DNA from: Candidatus Berkelbacteria bacterium
GTDB taxonomy: Bacteria > Patescibacteriota > UBA1384 > JACPKC01
Direction: 5' to 3'
Length of the DNA: 57,078 bases
Assembly (NCBI GenBank): GCA_020429585.1
Contig: JAGQLE010000020.1
Span: 1-57,078, forward strand
Made by a program: the position numbers and the translations under genes. The notes under the pieces are model-generated. The model saw only the letters and a list, made by a program, of their open reading frames with translations. It was not told where the DNA came from and searched no databases. Positions 55,310 through 57,078 of the stretch are shown piece by piece (positions within the stretch are counted from its first letter, which is position 1; the number at the start of each line of letters is the position of its first letter).

Positions 55310-55824
55310 AAATCCCTAATCACAACTTGTCCGGTGACTTGGTTAACATCCAACTCTTTTCCCCTAGGCGGGTCTGAACCAATCCTAAGAATAACTGGGT
55401 TATCGCCATCAAATTTGACCTCGCCTTGACCAATAATCGAATACCAGAGATTGGTTGGAGTTTGTTGAAAGGCTAAGCCCCTGGGTAAAGTTCTGATTTT
55501 AACAATTAAGTCGTCTGCTAATGGCAGTGTCGGCGGATTATTACTATCGATCCGCACTACTGAGTACTGATTAGTTTGACCACCCGATCCGTCGGAATGA
55601 AAAATTAAGCCGTAGTAATCTATCTGTGGAGCCTTTCCAGCCTCTGGCGACAAAGCCAAGTTCCGCGCCTCAAGAATGGCTGTCTGAACCTCACTCGCTG
55701 CCTGATCAAGCTCGGCCTGCTTACCAAATTGCTGAAAAGCAGGAATGCCAACGCCAAGCATCAAAACAACGATCGACATCGATACCAATATTTCGACTAA
55801 AGTAAAACCTTTACCCTGACCCAT
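55306..55824 (-). CDS. prepilin-type N-terminal domain protein (minor pilin-like)
   Basis: GKGFTLVEILVSMSIVV. Confidence 0.8.
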   Translation of the reverse strand: MGQGKGFTLVEILVSMSIVVLMLGVGIPAFQQFGKQAELDQAASEVQTAILEARNLALSPEAGKAPQIDYYGLIFHSDGSGGQTNQYSVVRIDSNNPPTLPLADDLIVKIRTLPRGLAFQQTPTNLWYSIIGQGEVKFDGDNPVILRIGSDPPRGKELDVNQVTGQVVIRDL

Positions 55825-55827
55825 TTG

Positions 55828-56295
55828 CTATTGTCCGCTTACCCGATAAAAATAGTTGTCTCCGTCTTTATAGATACCAGTTGCGAATACGTCGCTAGCC
55901 TGAATAGTCTCTTCAGAATCATTAACCTTTTCCAATCTTGCTTCTAAACTAAATTTACTACCGCCAGGATCGCTAACATAACTATATTCTTGCCAGGATG
56001 ATGGATTAGGATGAGGGTCCAGAGGCAAATTTGCTATAAAAGCAGGCGTAAGAGCAGTAGTAAGAACACTGCTGTCAATTGCAGTCGATGTAGCCTCTAG
56101 CGGATAAGCTCGATTAGTTGCCCGATAAAGCTCAAGTGCACCAGCGATATTTTGAAGATCGGCTTGCCGGCGAGAATCTCTTGCCCGAGCCTGAGAACTA
56201 GTTACATTAACTGCAATCAAGCTCGCCAAGACGCCGATAATCGAAACCACTACTAGAACCTCGGCAAGAGTAAAACCCCTACTAAAAAACTTCAT
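55828..56295 (-). CDS. type IV pilin / GspG-like major pilin candidate
   Basis: SRGFTLAEVLVVVSIIGVLA and a later LPLDP motif. Confidence 0.8.
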   Translation of the reverse strand: MKFFSRGFTLAEVLVVVSIIGVLASLIAVNVTSSQARARDSRRQADLQNIAGALELYRATNRAYPLEATSTAIDSSVLTTALTPAFIANLPLDPHPNPSSWQEYSYVSDPGGSKFSLEARLEKVNDSEETIQASDVFATGIYKDGDNYFYRVSGQ

Positions 56296-56304
56296 TGCTC
56301 CCTC

Positions 56305-57078
56305 CTACAAGTATGCAAGATTAGTATACCATGCAACGATTTGCGGACCGAAAAACAAAGTCAAAAACCAACCTGCAACCATAAATGGACCGAACGGCAA
56401 GGCCGTTTTAAGATTAGCTTGATTTTTTGCGATTAAACCTAACCCTACAATAGCACCAATCACAAACGCTAAAAACAAGGCTAATAATCCATAAACTCCG
56501 CCTAAGCTCAAACCAATTAAGCCGCCAAGTTTAATATCACCAATACCCATCCCCTTACCTTTGGTTAAGACAACGATCAAGCCCGGAATTGCCACACCGA
56601 TCAATATGCCGATTAGCCAATGGTCAAAAGCTAAGCCGCTGCTTAAAAAATCTAAAAAGTTATTTCGCTGAAAAAGAGCTATCAATAGTGCAAAAACCGC
56701 AATAGATGGCAAAGTTAATTTGTCGGGAATAAGTTGCGTCTCCAAATCGATAAGAGCAATAACGATCATTATTGAGGCTAAGCACGTCAAAACAATAAGC
56801 TGGGTCAGATTACTAAAATTGAGGGCAAGGAAAAGAAACACTAGTCCGGTTACGGACTCAACCAAAGGATAGCGCCAGGAGATAGCTACCTGGCAGTTTT
56901 TACATCGCCGTCTAAGTACCAAAAAACTCACTATAGGCAACATCTCCAAAAAACTAAGTTGCCTTTGGCAATTTGGGCACTCACTGCGATTACTAAGTTT
57001 TTGAGGTGACTTCGATTTTGGCTTAAACCATCTTAGAGCAACCACATTAAGGTAAGAGCCTACAAATAAACCTATCGC
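56305..57078 (-). CDS. pilD: A24-family prepilin peptidase (5' end outside window)
   Basis: The frame is open to the window edge (AIGLFVGSYLNVVALRW...). It has CPNC...CKNC and GMGIGDIKLGG motifs. Confidence 0.85.
   Translation of the reverse strand, partial: AIGLFVGSYLNVVALRWFKPKSKSPQKLSNRSECPNCQRQLSFLEMLPIVSFLVLRRRCKNCQVAISWRYPLVESVTGLVFLFLALNFSNLTQLIVLTCLASIMIVIALIDLETQLIPDKLTLPSIAVFALLIALFQRNNFLDFLSSGLAFDHWLIGILIGVAIPGLIVVLTKGKGMGIGDIKLGGLIGLSLGGVYGLLALFLAFVIGAIVGLGLIAKNQANLKTALPFGPFMVAGWFLTLFFGPQIVAWYTNLAYL

Noticed and set aside
1-57078. tRNA, rRNA, tmRNA, RNase P RNA, SRP RNA, CRISPR arrays, transposases and integrases
   Set aside because: I scanned intergenic regions by eye for T-loop (GGTTCGAATCC-like) motifs on both strands, for conserved RNase P, SRP and tmRNA motifs, and for regularly spaced direct repeats. 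None was found. A covariance-model scan is still needed, because eye-scanning is not sensitive.

Overview
Gene-dense 57-kb bacterial chromosomal segment with about 60 CDS. Many neighbouring genes overlap stop to start (ATGA or TAATG). The standard genetic code applies: RF2 carries the SPF motif and UGA is used as a stop.

Most genes are housekeeping:
- Translation and transcription: rplU-secE-nusG-rplK, ybaB-pth-rplA-tmk-rplJ-rplL, prfB, ileS, cysS, tgt.
- Secretion and envelope: secDF, uppS, a SEDS protein.
- DNA metabolism: dprA-topA-recR, rmuC, a UvrD-type helicase-nuclease, rnhA.
- Nucleotide house-cleaning: two MazG-like proteins, a Nudix hydrolase, an HD dNTPase-like protein.
- Alpha-glucan metabolism: ROK kinase, GH15, GH57, GT4.
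- Type IV pilus: prepilin peptidase plus four pilin-like genes at the right edge.

The gene content (tiny pilin set, LPXTG surface protein, compact overlapping genes, orphan VirD4/HerA-like ATPases) suggests a small-genome Patescibacteria/CPR-like or Gram-positive-type organism. That is inference only. I found no rRNA, tRNA, CRISPR array, transposase or integrase.

Regions that housekeeping does not explain:
1. A translationally coupled tandem pair of paralogous membrane-anchored FtsK/HerA/VirD4-like ATPases (26716..31958). Each carries a large uncharacterised N-terminal domain, and no other secretion or conjugation genes are nearby.
2. A three-gene secreted/surface-protein block (38714..41853) with an LPXTG anchor and a shared Cys-containing repeat module.
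3. A 680-bp non-coding region in front of that block containing sigma70-like promoters, a multi-helix RNA structure and an intrinsic terminator (41922..42281).
4. cysS has no canonical start codon and is in frame with an upstream 53-codon zinc-ribbon ORF across a single TAA.
5. Near-identical 32-nt repeats flank prfB.
6. Several hairpin or palindromic elements are present. One sequence inside cysS, encoding an in-frame insertion, resembles one of them.

All calls come from reading the sequence and the ORF track. No searches were run.
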